Positions 1 to 11,000 of a stretch of 64,000 bases of DNA are shown one piece after another. Location of the stretch: assembly GCA_963716255.1 (NCBI GenBank), contig OY970303.1, positions 7,008,001 through 7,072,000 of the forward strand, written 5' to 3'. A model generated the notes under the pieces. The model saw only the letters and a list, made by a program, of their open reading frames with translations, was not told the DNA's origin and ran no database searches. The stretch comes from an uncultured Gemmatimonadales bacterium. Lineage in GTDB: Bacteria; Gemmatimonadota; Gemmatimonadetes; Longimicrobiales; Longimicrobiaceae. Positions within the stretch are counted from its first letter, which is position 1, and each line of letters starts with the position of its first letter. The position numbers and the translations under genes are program-made.

Positions 1-39
1 ACGTGAAGCGGTAGGAGTGAGCGCCCGCACGATCGACCC

Positions 40-1263
40 TCACCGCGAGCCGCTCTCCTCCAGGCGGCCCCCGAGCACAGTAATTTCGAGGTCGACCCTG
101 CGGCTCTTTGGGTCGTCCCGCAGGCCGCGACTGATTCCGCCTGTGGCATACTGGTAGTCGACGTTCTCCACCCCGAGCGCCCTCGCGAGGTACGCAGCCA
201 CCGCGAAACCGCGGACCGCCCCCAACTCGCAATTGTTCCATATCCGTGGACCGACGACCTGGCCGTTGCTTCCCCAGATCCCCAACGGGATCGGGCCGTC
301 GCCGTTTACCGCGTTTTCCCTACAACCTGCGTAGCGGATTGCTGCCGGCCCCGCTACCGCAGCTAAATCCCCGTAACCCGCGTTCTCCAAGTCCAGGCTG
401 ATCCCGCCTTTCTCGTGGTTGATTTCAAGGGAGTCGCCGTACCCGGTCGCTTCGATGTGGAGTTCGTGCCGCGGCCAGTTCCTGCGCGCGGCGTGCAGTG
501 CCTCGATCACACCCTCCAGGGAGGCGCGGGTTCCGCCTTCCACCCGGTACTCACCTCGTCTGAAGCCCTGCGCGGTGTCATCCCGAATCCACTTCAGCAT
601 GGAGCGTGTCTGAGTGCATGGGGGACTTGACTCTGTTGGGTCCAGATTGTCTAGGAATCGGCCGATCTGGTTCGCGACCAGGAGGTCGAAGATCCGATTC
701 AGGCTGATGGACCTGCGGGTCTGGCCAGCGCGGTAGAGGGAGTCCTGCAAGATCTCGTTGATCTCCCGATAGACTACGCGGGTGACGAGCTCACACGAGG
801 TGGCATCTGGAGCAAGTGGGATGTCGATTACATGCACAAACCTGGACATGGGGAACAGGGCAGGCGCGGTCTCGTACAGGGTCCGCACCATGCTGGAGGT
901 GGTGTCCTGCAAAAAGAGTTGAAGGCTGTGTGCGCGCCGCTTCTTCATCACTGACTGGAGCGAGGCGAGGTGGCCAAGGCTCTGGACCGTCAACGCGATC
1001 GTGTCCCTCGCATTGCGGTAATAAACGCTCGTGCCGGGGCGGATGCCGCGTGCATGTTTGAACATCCCAAGCACCGACTCGCCTCCCACCCTTACATCCC
1101 GGAGGTGGAAGCGAACTGGCTTGACGACTGGCACACCGCTCAGCAGGGAGTCGAGTGCGACCGGTCGCTGCGCCCGTGTGGACTGACCGCCGAGCGAGGT
1201 CGGCGAGAGGAGGATCGCGCCCAAAGCCGACAAGACCAGTATGCGGTGAAGTAACAGTGTCAT
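40..1263 (-). CDS. Putative exported protein with a C-terminal OmpA/MotB-like peptidoglycan-binding region
   Basis: 409-aa ORF (TTG at 1269, or ATG at 1263). The N-terminus is hydrophobic and signal-like (LLLHRILVLSALGAILLSP). The C-terminal pattern IEATGYGDS...NCELGAVRGFAVAAYL...RRVDL resembles the OmpA-like G(H/Y)xD...NxxLSxxRAxxV...RRV signature. Confidence 0.6.
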   Translation of the reverse strand: MTLLLHRILVLSALGAILLSPTSLGGQSTRAQRPVALDSLLSGVPVVKPVRFHLRDVRVGGESVLGMFKHARGIRPGTSVYYRNARDTIALTVQSLGHLASLQSVMKKRRAHSLQLFLQDTTSSMVRTLYETAPALFPMSRFVHVIDIPLAPDATSCELVTRVVYREINEILQDSLYRAGQTRRSISLNRIFDLLVANQIGRFLDNLDPTESSPPCTQTRSMLKWIRDDTAQGFRRGEYRVEGGTRASLEGVIEALHAARRNWPRHELHIEATGYGDSLEINHEKGGISLDLENAGYGDLAAVAGPAAIRYAGCRENAVNGDGPIPLGIWGSNGQVVGPRIWNNCELGAVRGFAVAAYLARALGVENVDYQYATGGISRGLRDDPKSRRVDLEITVLGGRLEESGSR

Positions 1264-1265
1264 GC

Positions 1266-1685
1266 TCAATCAGTACTGAAGACGTGGGATACGAGTAGCC
1301 ACAGGCTCACGTAGATGACGAGGAGGACGACCAAGCCCGCCACGAGGACCGGACCTACTCTGCCGAGCCGAATCGGTCGGTCTCTTCCTCCGCGCGTGGG
1401 CGGCGGGGGCTTGACAAGCAGGTGGCCAGAGGGCCATGGCGGTGAATCGACCTTGGCAGGAGTCGCGGGGGAGGGAGGCTTCAGGCCGGCTGGGTCGGTG
1501 GTTTCCTGACGGATCTGCTTGATGTGCTCCACCAGGACGGGTACGTACGCGCAGATGATTGTAGCCATCTGCGTAGCCAGAAACTCATGGCCGCGCAGGT
1601 ACAGGAGATAAGAGATGGTTGCACCGATGATGTACGCGACCGCGTGGAGGCTGGACCGGCTTACCGCTTTAATGAAGACGCTCAT
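1266..1685 (-). CDS. Hypothetical small membrane protein
   Basis: Likely start is the ATG at 1685 (MSVFIKAV..., 139 aa). It has hydrophobic segments at both ends and a Pro-rich middle. Its stop abuts or overlaps the start of the 40-1263 ORF, suggesting an operon. Confidence 0.5.
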   Translation of the reverse strand: MSVFIKAVSRSSLHAVAYIIGATISYLLYLRGHEFLATQMATIICAYVPVLVEHIKQIRQETTDPAGLKPPSPATPAKVDSPPWPSGHLLVKPPPPTRGGRDRPIRLGRVGPVLVAGLVVLLVIYVSLWLLVSHVFSTD

Positions 1686-1992
1686 GGGGCGAAAAGAGGA
1701 TTTCGTGTTCGTGGGAAGGCGGCGGCGCTCCTGCCGCTGAATGAAGTGGCAGACCAAGACCGATCGCAATAAATGTTTTCTGGGAAGAAAAATCAATGTT
1801 GTTCCTGTGTGCGGTGGTAGCGGCTACGTCCAGTTTCAGGAATCAAGTGGCGAAGACGACAAGCTTCATCGCCTCGTCCTGGCGGACAGTGCACTCGACT
1901 CGCTGGCTAAGCACGAACCGAAGGGCGAAGAGGTGGAATTCCTTGCCGAGTTTGACTCGCTGGTCTAGGAGCATACAAATGCTCACCATTTT

Positions 1993-2029
1993 GTTGCGAA
2001 TATTTCCAGACTTGTATTAATTGAACCGG
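1993..2029 (+). promoter_or_regulatory. AT-rich promoter-like motif upstream of gene A (GTTGCG..AGAC..TATTAATT..CGG)
   Basis: 28/37 ungapped identity to 21186-21222 upstream of gene B. A TTGCG -35-like hexamer is followed by TATTAATT. Confidence 0.5.
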
Positions 2030-2084
2030 TCGCCGGTGGATTCGGTTTCGCGTGATCGAGCGGGTACCAGGGCGGTCGTCGGAA

Positions 2085-5000
2085 ATGGCTATCCCGGAGC
2101 CGCGCACGCGGGAAGCCGCGCCGGAATCCCCCCGCGCCGGCGCGGGCCGCGCGGACGCCCGCCGGCAGCACGAAGCCCGGCCCCCGCGGGACGCCGCAAC
2201 CACCCCCCACGAACCACCCAGGAACGCTTCGATGCGAAGTGCAGGCGAACACCACGTAGCCATCGTCGGGATGGCGGGCCGCTTCCCGGGCGCGCGCGAC
2301 GTCGACGAGTTCTGGCGCAACCTCCGCTCCGGCGCGCCCTCCCTGCGCCGCTTCACGGAGGCGGAGCTGGCCGCCGCCGGCGTCTCGCCGCGCGAGTTCC
2401 GCGCGCCCGGCTACGTTCCCGTTGCCGGGGAGCTGGAGGGCGCGGAATTGTTCGACGCCGCGTTCTTCGGGCTGACGCCGCGCGAAGCGCTAGTGATGAA
2501 CCCGCAGCAGCGGGTGTTCCTGGAGTGCGCGTGGGAGGCGCTGGAGCGCGCGGGGTACGCGTCGCGGGGCTTCGGGGGGCGGATGGGGGTGTACGCCTCG
2601 GAGGGGGACAACCGCTACCTGCTGGACGTGCTGTCGCAGCGGAGCCTGGTGCAGGCGGTGGGGGCGATGCAGGTGTTCCTGCACAACGCGGCCTCGGTGG
2701 CGACGCTGACGTCGTACAAGCTGGGTCTGAAGGGCCCCAGCCTGAACGTGCAGACGGCGTGCTCGTCGTCGCTGGTGGCCGTCCACCTGGCGTGCCAGGG
2801 GCTGCGCACGGGGGAGACGGACGTGGCGCTGGCTGGTGGGGTTCGCATCAGCGTGCCGCGGGGCCGGGGCTACCGCTACCAGCCGGGGGGCATCCTGTCG
2901 CCGACGGGGGAGGTCACGCCCTTCGACGCGGAGGCGCGCGGGTCGGTGGCGGGGAGCGGGGCGGGGGTGGTGGTGCTGAAGCGGCTGGCGGACGCGCTGG
3001 CGGACGGGGACGTGATCCACGCGGTGATCCGGGGCTCCGCGATCAACAACGACGGCGACGAGAAGATGGGGTTCACGGCGCCGCAGTGGGAGGGGCAGGC
3101 GGCGGTGATCCGGGAGGCGCTGGCAGTGGCGGGGGTGGAGGCGGGGGACGTCACGTACGTGGAGGCGCACGGATCGGGGACGGAGGTGGGGGATCCCATC
3201 GAGGTGACGGCGCTGACGGCGGCGTTCGGGCGGGGGAGGCCGGGGAGCTGCGCGCTGGGGGCGGTGAAGTCGAGCATCGGGCACCTGGACGCGGCGGCCG
3301 GGGTGATGGGGCTGATCAAGGCCGTGCTGGCGCTGGAGAACGGGGAGATCCCACCGTCGCCGTACTACCGGACGCCGAACCCGCGGATCGACCTGGAGCG
3401 GTCGCCGTTCTACGTGAACGCGGAGCTTCGGCCGTGGGCGCGGGGGGGCACGCCGCGGCGAGCGGGGGTGAGCTCGTTCGGGATGGGGGGCACCAACGCG
3501 CACGTGGTGCTGGAGGAAGCGCCGAAGGGGAAGCCGTCGGGCCCGTCGCGTCCGTGGCAGCTGCTGGTGCTGAGCGCGCGCACGTCCAGCGCGCTGGATG
3601 CGGCGACGTCGCGTCTGGCGGAGCACCTGCGTGCGCACCCGGAGCAGAAGCTCGCGGACGTGGCGCACACGCTGGGGGTGGGTCGGCGTCGGTTCGCGCA
3701 CCGGCGGGTGCTGGTGTGCCGTGGGCGGGAGGACGCGGCGGCGGCGCTGGAGACGCTGGACGCGCGGCGGCTGGTGGAGGGGGTGCAGGAGCGGGACACG
3801 CGGCCGGTGGCGTTCCTGTTCCCCGGCGTGGGCGACCACTACGCGCAGATGGCGCGTGGGCTGTACGAGGCGGAGCCGGTGTTCCGTCGCGAGGTGGACC
3901 GGTGCGCCGAGCTGCTGCACGCGCACACGGACACGGACGTGCTGGAAGCGCTCTTCCCCGGCGACCCCGCGCCGGAGCAGACGGCGGGGGGCGCGGCAGC
4001 GGACGGGGGTGCTGAAGAATCGATTGACCTTCGCGGGATGCTGGCCGGGGGCGCGGCGCGGAGCGGCGACCCGCTGGGTCAGACGGAGGCGGCGCACCCG
4101 GCGGTGTTCGTGGTGGAGTACGCGCTGGCGCGGCTGTGGATGAGCTGGGGCGTGTGTCCGCAGGCGATGATCGGGCACTCGCTGGGGGAGTACGTGGCGG
4201 CGACGGTGGCGGGGGTGTTCACGCTGGAGGACGCGCTGGAGCTGCTGGCCTACCGGGCGGGCCTGATCTCGGGGCTGCCGGCGGGGGCGATGCTCGCCGT
4301 GCCGATGGAGCCGTCGGCGCTCGCGCCTCGGCTGCGCGGGGGGCTGGCGCTGGCAGCGCACAACGCGCCGGGGCTGTGCACGGTGTCGGGCCCGGTCGAG
4401 GCCGTGGCGGCGCTGGAGGCCGAGCTGATCGCGGAGGGCGTGGCGTGCCGGCGTCTGAACGCGGAGCACGCGTTCCACTCGGCGGAGATGGAGCCGGTAG
4501 CCGCGGGGCTGGCCGATCGGCTGCGGGCGATGCGGCTGGCGGCGCCGGAGGTGCCGTTCGTGTCCAACGTGACGGGGACGTGGATCCGCGCGGAGGAGGC
4601 GACGGACCCGGAGTACTGGGCGCGGCACCTGACGCGGACCGTGCGCTTCGCCGAGGGGATGGGCGAGCTGCTGCGGGACGGGAGCCGGGTGCTGCTGGAG
4701 GTGGGTCCGGGGCGGACGCTGGGGACCTTCGCGCTGCACGCGGGGGCGGCGGAGTCGGCGGTCTTTGCCTCGCTGCGGCACGCGTACACGCGCAGGGCGG
4801 ACCAGGCGCACCTGCTGGAAACGCTGGGTCGGCTGTGGGTGGCGGGGGTGCGGGTGGACTGGGAGGCCTTCGCGGCCGGGGAGCGGCGGCGGCGGACGCT
4901 GCTGCCCACGTACCCGTTCGAGCGGCAGGCGTACTGGGTGGAGCGCCAGCGCCGCCCGCGCCGGCGCAGGCCGGGCGCACCGAAGGCCGGCCGCGCCGCG

Positions 5001-8000
5001 GTCGGCGAGGGCGTGGCGGGCGCGCTCCCGGCGGGCCTCGCGGAGGTCGCATCGGAGTACGCCACCGGTCAGGCGACGGGGCTTCAGCCCCGGCCGGAGA
5101 CCGGCACCCGGTACGTCGCCCCGGAGGGCGAGCTGCAGGCGCGCATGGCGGCGCTCTGGGGCGACCTGCTCGGCTTCCAGGACATCGGCGCGCACGACGA
5201 CTTCTTCTCGCTCGGCGGCCACTCGCTGCTGGCCACGCAGCTCATCGCCCGCGTGCAGGACGAGTTCGGGGCCGCCGTCTCGCTCAACGCGGTCTTCGAC
5301 GACCCCACCGTGGCCGGCATGGCGGCGAAGGTGGCCGCCCTGCGCGCCGACGCGCACGCGGAGCTGCCCAGCGCCATCCACCCGGCGCCGCGCACCGGGC
5401 CGCTCCCGGTCTCCTACCACCAGGAGCGGCTGTGGGTGCTGGACCGCCTGGAGCCGGGCAGCCCCATGTACAACGTGCCCACGGGCAGCTGGCTGCGCGG
5501 GCCCGTGGACGTGGACGCCGGGCGGCGCGCCCTCGCCGAGATCCTGCGCCGGCACGAGGTCCTGCGCAGCGTCTACGCGGAGACCGGGGACGGCCTCGTC
5601 CAGGTCGTCCGCGAGGACACCGAGGTCCCGCTGCCGGTGGACGACCTGTCCGACGTCCCGGAGGCGGAGCGCCTGCGCACCGTGCGGGCGCGCTTCACCG
5701 CGGAGGCGCGGCGCCCCCTGGACCTGGAGAACGGGCCGGTGGTGCGGGCGCGCCTGCTGCGCCTGGACGCCGAGCTGCACGCGCTGCTGGTGACCTTCCA
5801 CCACATCATCATGGACGGGTGGTCGGGCGGGGTGTTCATCCACGAGTGGACGACGCTGTACGGGGCGTTCCGGGCCGGCAAGCCCTCGCCGCTGCCGGAG
5901 CTGCCGATCCAGTACGCGGACTACGCGGTGTGGCAGCGGGAGCAGCTGTCGGGCGAGCGCCTGGAGGAGCACCTGGCGTTCTGGCGGGAGAGCCTGCGGG
6001 GGGTGTCTCCCGTGCTGGAGCTGCCCACCGACCGTCCGCATCCGCCGGTGCAGAGCTACCGGGGCGGGCTGTACGGGGCGGCGCTGGCGCCCGCGCTGGT
6101 GGAGCGGGTGCGTGCGCTGGCGGCGCGCGAGCACACGACCTTTCACGTGGTGCTGGCGGCGGCGTTCCAGGCGCTGTGCTTCCGCTACACGGGGCAGGAG
6201 GACTTCGCGGTGGGCTCGGTGGCCGCCAACCGGCGGCCGGAGACGGAGGGTCTGATCGGCTTCTTCATCAACACCATCCCGGTGCGTGCGCGCCCCTCGG
6301 CGCGGCTGCGCTTCGCGGAGGTGGTGGGGCAGGCGCGCGCCTTCATGGCGGCGGCGTACGCGCACGCGGAGGTGCCGTTCCAGATGATCCTGGACGAGGT
6401 GAAGCCGGAGCGGGATTCGAGCCGGAACCCGCTGATCCAGGTGATGCTGGGGATCCAGGCGCCCGGGGCCCACGGTCCACCACCGGAGGACGAGTCGGGA
6501 ATGACGACGCAGCTTCTGGAGGACAGCGTGCTTCCGCTGGGGGACAGCGGGACGTCGAAGTTCGACCTGACGATCCTGGTGGAGGAGGGAGCGGAGCCGT
6601 CGGCGATGCTGGAGTACAACAGCGACATCTTCGAGCGCGCGACGGCGGTGCGGTTCCTGGAGCACTACGTGGTGCTGCTGGAGGCGGTGGTGGAGGCACC
6701 CGGGACGGCGCTGGAGGACATCGCGCTGCTGCTTCCGGAAGAGCGGCGGCAGCTGCTGGAGGGGTGGGCGAGCGCGACGGGGCTGCCACCGGCACCGGTC
6801 GGCCTGGAGGCCGCCCTCTCGTCGCAGACGGGGACCATCCCGGGGAGGGTGCCGGGGCGGGACGGGTACAGCGTCGCCGAGCTGGAAGCGCTGGCGGAGT
6901 GGGTGGCGTCGGCCCTGCGCCTCGCCCGGCCGGGCGAGGAAGCCGTCGAAGCCGGGGGAGCGTGGGTGCCGGTGCACGAGCGGGTGCTGGCGCGCGCGGC
7001 GGAGACGCCGGACGCCGTGGCCGTCGCCTCCGGCGGCGAGCGACTGACGTACGGCGAGCTGGCGCGCCGCTCGGCGGAGGTGGCGGTGCGGCTGCGCGGC
7101 CTGGGCGCGGGTCCGGAGACCCGGGTGGCGCTGCTGGCCGGGCGCTCGCCGGAGCTGGTCGTGGGGATGCTGGCGACGCTGCGCGCGGGGGCGGCGTACC
7201 TGCCCATCGACCCCGGCACGCCGGCGGAGCGCGTCCGGGTGATCCTGGCCGACGCGGCGGCGCCGGTGGTGCTTGCGGACGCCGCGCTGGCGGAGCGCCT
7301 GGAGGGCTTCGGGGGCGGGGTCATCGTGCTCGACGCCCCGCTTCCGCAGGACAACAGCGTGGAGGCTGGGGCTCGGGAAGCCCTCCCCCAGAATTGGGGG
7401 AGGGTGGCGGCTCTGAGGCCGCCGGGTGGGGGCCTCTCCGCGGACCCCGACAGCGCCGCTTACGTCATCTACACCTCGGGCTCCACCGGCACCCCGAAGG
7501 GCGTCGTCGTCACGCACGGGGGGCTGGCGAACCTGGTGGACTGGCACCTGGGCGAGTTCGCGGTGACGGCGGCCGACCGGGCGACGCAGCTGGCGGGGCT
7601 GGGCTTCGACGCCGCGGTGTGGGAGACCTGGCCGTACCTGGCCGCGGGGGCTGCGCTCCACCTGGTGGCGGACGAGGACGAGCGCACGTCGCCGGAAGCA
7701 CTCCAGGCGCTGCTGCTGGAGCGCGGGATCACGCTGGCCTTCGTGCCGACGCCGCTGGCGGAGGGGATGCTGGGGCTGGAGTGGCCGCGGGACGCGGCGC
7801 TGCGCGCGCTGCTCACCGGGGGCGACGCGCTGCGCGCCCGGCCGGCGGCCGGGGCGCCGTTCGCGCTGGTGAACAACTACGGGCCCACGGAGAACACCGT
7901 GGTGGCCACGTCGGGCGCCGTCGGGCCCGAGGGCGGGGGACGCGCGCCGGGGATCGGGCGTCCGATCCGGGGGGTGCGGGCGTACGTGCTGGACCCGGGG

Positions 8001-11000
8001 CTGAACCCGGTGTCGATGGGGGTGCCGGGCGGGCTGTACCTGGCGGGCGCGGGAGTGGCGCGCGGGTACCTGGGGCAGGCGGCGATGACGGCGGAGGCGT
8101 TCGTCCCGTGCCCGTTCGGGGAGGCGGGGGGGCGCATGTACGCCACCGGTGACCGGGTGCGCTGGCTGGCCGGCGGGGAGCTGGAGTTCCTGGGGCGGAC
8201 GGACCACCAGGTCAAGCTGCGGGGGTTCCGCATCGAGCCTGGGGAGGTGGAGAGCGTGCTTCTGCGCAACGCGCGGGTGCGGGAGTGCGTGGTGGTGGTG
8301 CGCCAGGACGCGGGCGGGCGGAGGATGGTGGCGTACGTGGCGGGAAGCGGTCTGCCCGACGCGGAGGCGCTGCGGACGCGGCTGCGGGAGTCGCTGCCGG
8401 AGTACATGGTGCCGGGCGCGTTCGTGGCGCTGGAGCGGCTTCCGCTGACCTCCAGCGGCAAGGTGGACCGGGGCGCGCTCCCGGATCCGGCGCGCGAGGA
8501 CGGGGGCGATCACGCCGCCCCGCGGACTCCGGCGGAGCGGGCGCTCACGGAGGTCTGGAGCGAGGTGCTGGGGGTGGAGCGGGTGGGGATCCACGACCGC
8601 TTCTTCGAGCTGGGCGGCGATTCCATCCTCGCCATCCGGGTCGCGACGGGCGCGCGCAGGGCGGGGCTGCAGCTGCTGCCGCGGCAGCTCTTCGAGCACG
8701 CCACCATCGCCGAGCTGGCGCGCGTGGTGGGGACCGCTGCCGCGATCGTGGCCGAGCAGGGACCGGTGACCGGCCCGGCGCCGCTGGCGCCGATCCAGCG
8801 CAGCTTCTTCGCGCAGGACGACGTGGCGCCGCACCATTACAACCAGGCGGTGATGCTGGTCCCGCCGCGGGCCCTCCGTCCGCGCCTCCTGGAACGGGCG
8901 CTCACGGCGCTGGCGGCGCACCACGACACGCTGCGCCTGCGCTTCCGCAGCGGGAAGGACGGGTGGACGCAGCTGCACGCGCCCGCCGGGGAACACGTGC
9001 CGCTGGCGGTGATCGACCTGTCGCGGCTGGACGGGGCGCCGCGCGGCGGGGCGCTCGCGGGCGCGGCGGACCAGGTGCAGGTGAGCCTCGCCCTGGAGCG
9101 CGGACCCGTGGCCCGGGCGGCCCACTTCCACCTGGGCGACGGCGGGCCGGGGCGGCTGCTGCTGGTGCTCCACCACCTGGCGGTGGACGGGGCGAGCTGG
9201 CGCATCCTCCTGGAAGACCTGGAAAGCGCGTACCTGCAGCTGGAGCGCGGCGAGCCGGTGCGCCTCCCGCCGAAGACGACCTCGTGGAAGACGTGGACCG
9301 AGCGCCTGGCGGAGCATTCCCGCGCGCTGGAGACCGTCGCGGAAGCCGCGTACTGGATCTCGCAGGCGCGCCGGAAAGTGGCGCCTCTCCCGCTGGACGA
9401 CCCGGAGGGCGAGGACACCGCCCGTGGGGAGGCGAGCATCGCCGTGCGGCTCGACGCGGACGAGACCGGGGCGCTGCTTCGCGACGTGGCCGCCGCGTAC
9501 CGCGCGAGCATCGACGAGGTGCTGCTCGGCGCGCTGGCGAGCACCGTGGCGCGCTGGACCGGGGACGGACGGGTGCGGGTGGAGCTGGAAGGGTCCGGCC
9601 GGGACGAGGAGCGCTTCGCGGACCTCGACCTGTCGCGGACGGTGGGGTGGTTCACCAGCCTGTACCCCGCCGTGCTTGAGCTGCCGGAGGACCGGGGCGC
9701 GGGCGCGGTGCTGAAGGCGGTCGCGGAGCAGCTGCGCCGGGTGCCGCACCGGGGCCTCGGCTACGGGCTGCTGCGGTGGGGAGGCGGAAAGCGGGCCGGC
9801 GAGAAGCTGGCGGCGGCGCCGCGTTCGGAGGTCGCGTTCGGCTGGCTGGGCCAGCTGGAGGAAACGGTCGCGGAGCACACCTTCTTCCGGCTCGCACCCG
9901 AGCCGGCCGGCGCGAGCCAGGACCCGCGGCGCGTCCGGAGCCACCGGCTCGAAGTCATCGGGGCGGTGAAGGGAGGCCGGCTGTCCGTGACGTTCGGCTA
10001 CGGCGCGGCGACCCACCGGCGCGAAACGATCGAGCGCGTCGCCGCCTGGTACGCCGAGGAGCTGCGCGCGCTGATCGCGCACTGCCGCGGCGCCGGGGCG
10101 GGCGGCCGCACGCCGGACGACTTCCCGCTGGCGGGGCTGGACCAGGCGGCGCTGGACACGCTGCTGGGGAGCGAGCGCGGCGGCGTGGAAGACGTGTACA
10201 CGCTGACCCCCATGCAGGAGGGGATGCACTTCCATTCGCTCCTGTCCCCAGGCTCGGGCGTGTACGTGGGGCAGTTCGGGTACCTGCTGGAGGGACCGCT
10301 CGACGTCCAGGCGCTGGACCGGGCGTGGCAGTACGCGGTGGGCCGCCACGAGATCCTGCGGGCGAGCTTCGCCTGGGAGGGCCTTCCCAGGCCGGTGCAG
10401 GTCATCCACCGCGAGGCGACGCTGCCCTTCCGGGTGGAGGACTGGCGCGGCCTGGGCGGCGCCGAGCGGCAGGTCCGCCTGGAGCAGCACCTCGAAGCCG
10501 ACCGGCTCGCGGGATTCGACACGGGACGCGCGCCGCTGATGCGGGTGGGGCTGTTCCGGCTGGAGGAGGAAGAGCACCAGCTGCTGTGGACCCACCACCA
10601 CCTGGTGATGGACGGGTGGAGCCTGTCGCTCCTCTTCCGCGACGTGCTGGCGGCCTACGCGGCGCACGTGCGCGGGGAGGCGCCGCGGGCCGCGCCGGGG
10701 GTGCGCTTCCGGGAGTACGTGGCCTGGCTGGAGCGGCAGGACCGCTCTCGCGCGGAAAACTTCTGGAGGAGGGCGCTCGCCGGCTTCGACTCGCCCACCC
10801 CGCTCCCGGTGCCGGGGACCGCGCGGACCGGGGAGGAGGGGCAGGGCACGGCGGCGCTGCTGCTCTCGGAGGAGCGGTCGGCCGCGCTTCAGGAGCGGGC
10901 GCGCCGGTGGGGCGTGACCCCGAGCACGCTGGTGCAGGGCGCGTGGGCCCTTCTCCTGGCGCGCTACGCGGGGACCGACGACGTGCTCTTCGGGGCGACG

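Larger units (their letters stand above)
2092..8737 (+). repeat. Copy 1 of 6.6 kb near-identical direct duplication (linker-KS-AT-T-C-A-T)
   Basis: Matches 36241-42880 at offset 34149, changing to 34143 after a diverged linker near 4980-5050. Only scattered substitutions are seen. Confidence 0.95.

Noticed and set aside
1741..1968. 75-aa plus-strand ORF
   Set aside because: No recognisable motif or clear RBS. It cannot be supported from sequence alone.
2092..8737. Duplication as a pure assembly artefact
   Set aside because: The copies differ by scattered substitutions and a 6-bp-shifted linker, and similarity decays into paralogous E-C domains. An artefact is not excluded without reads but is less likely.
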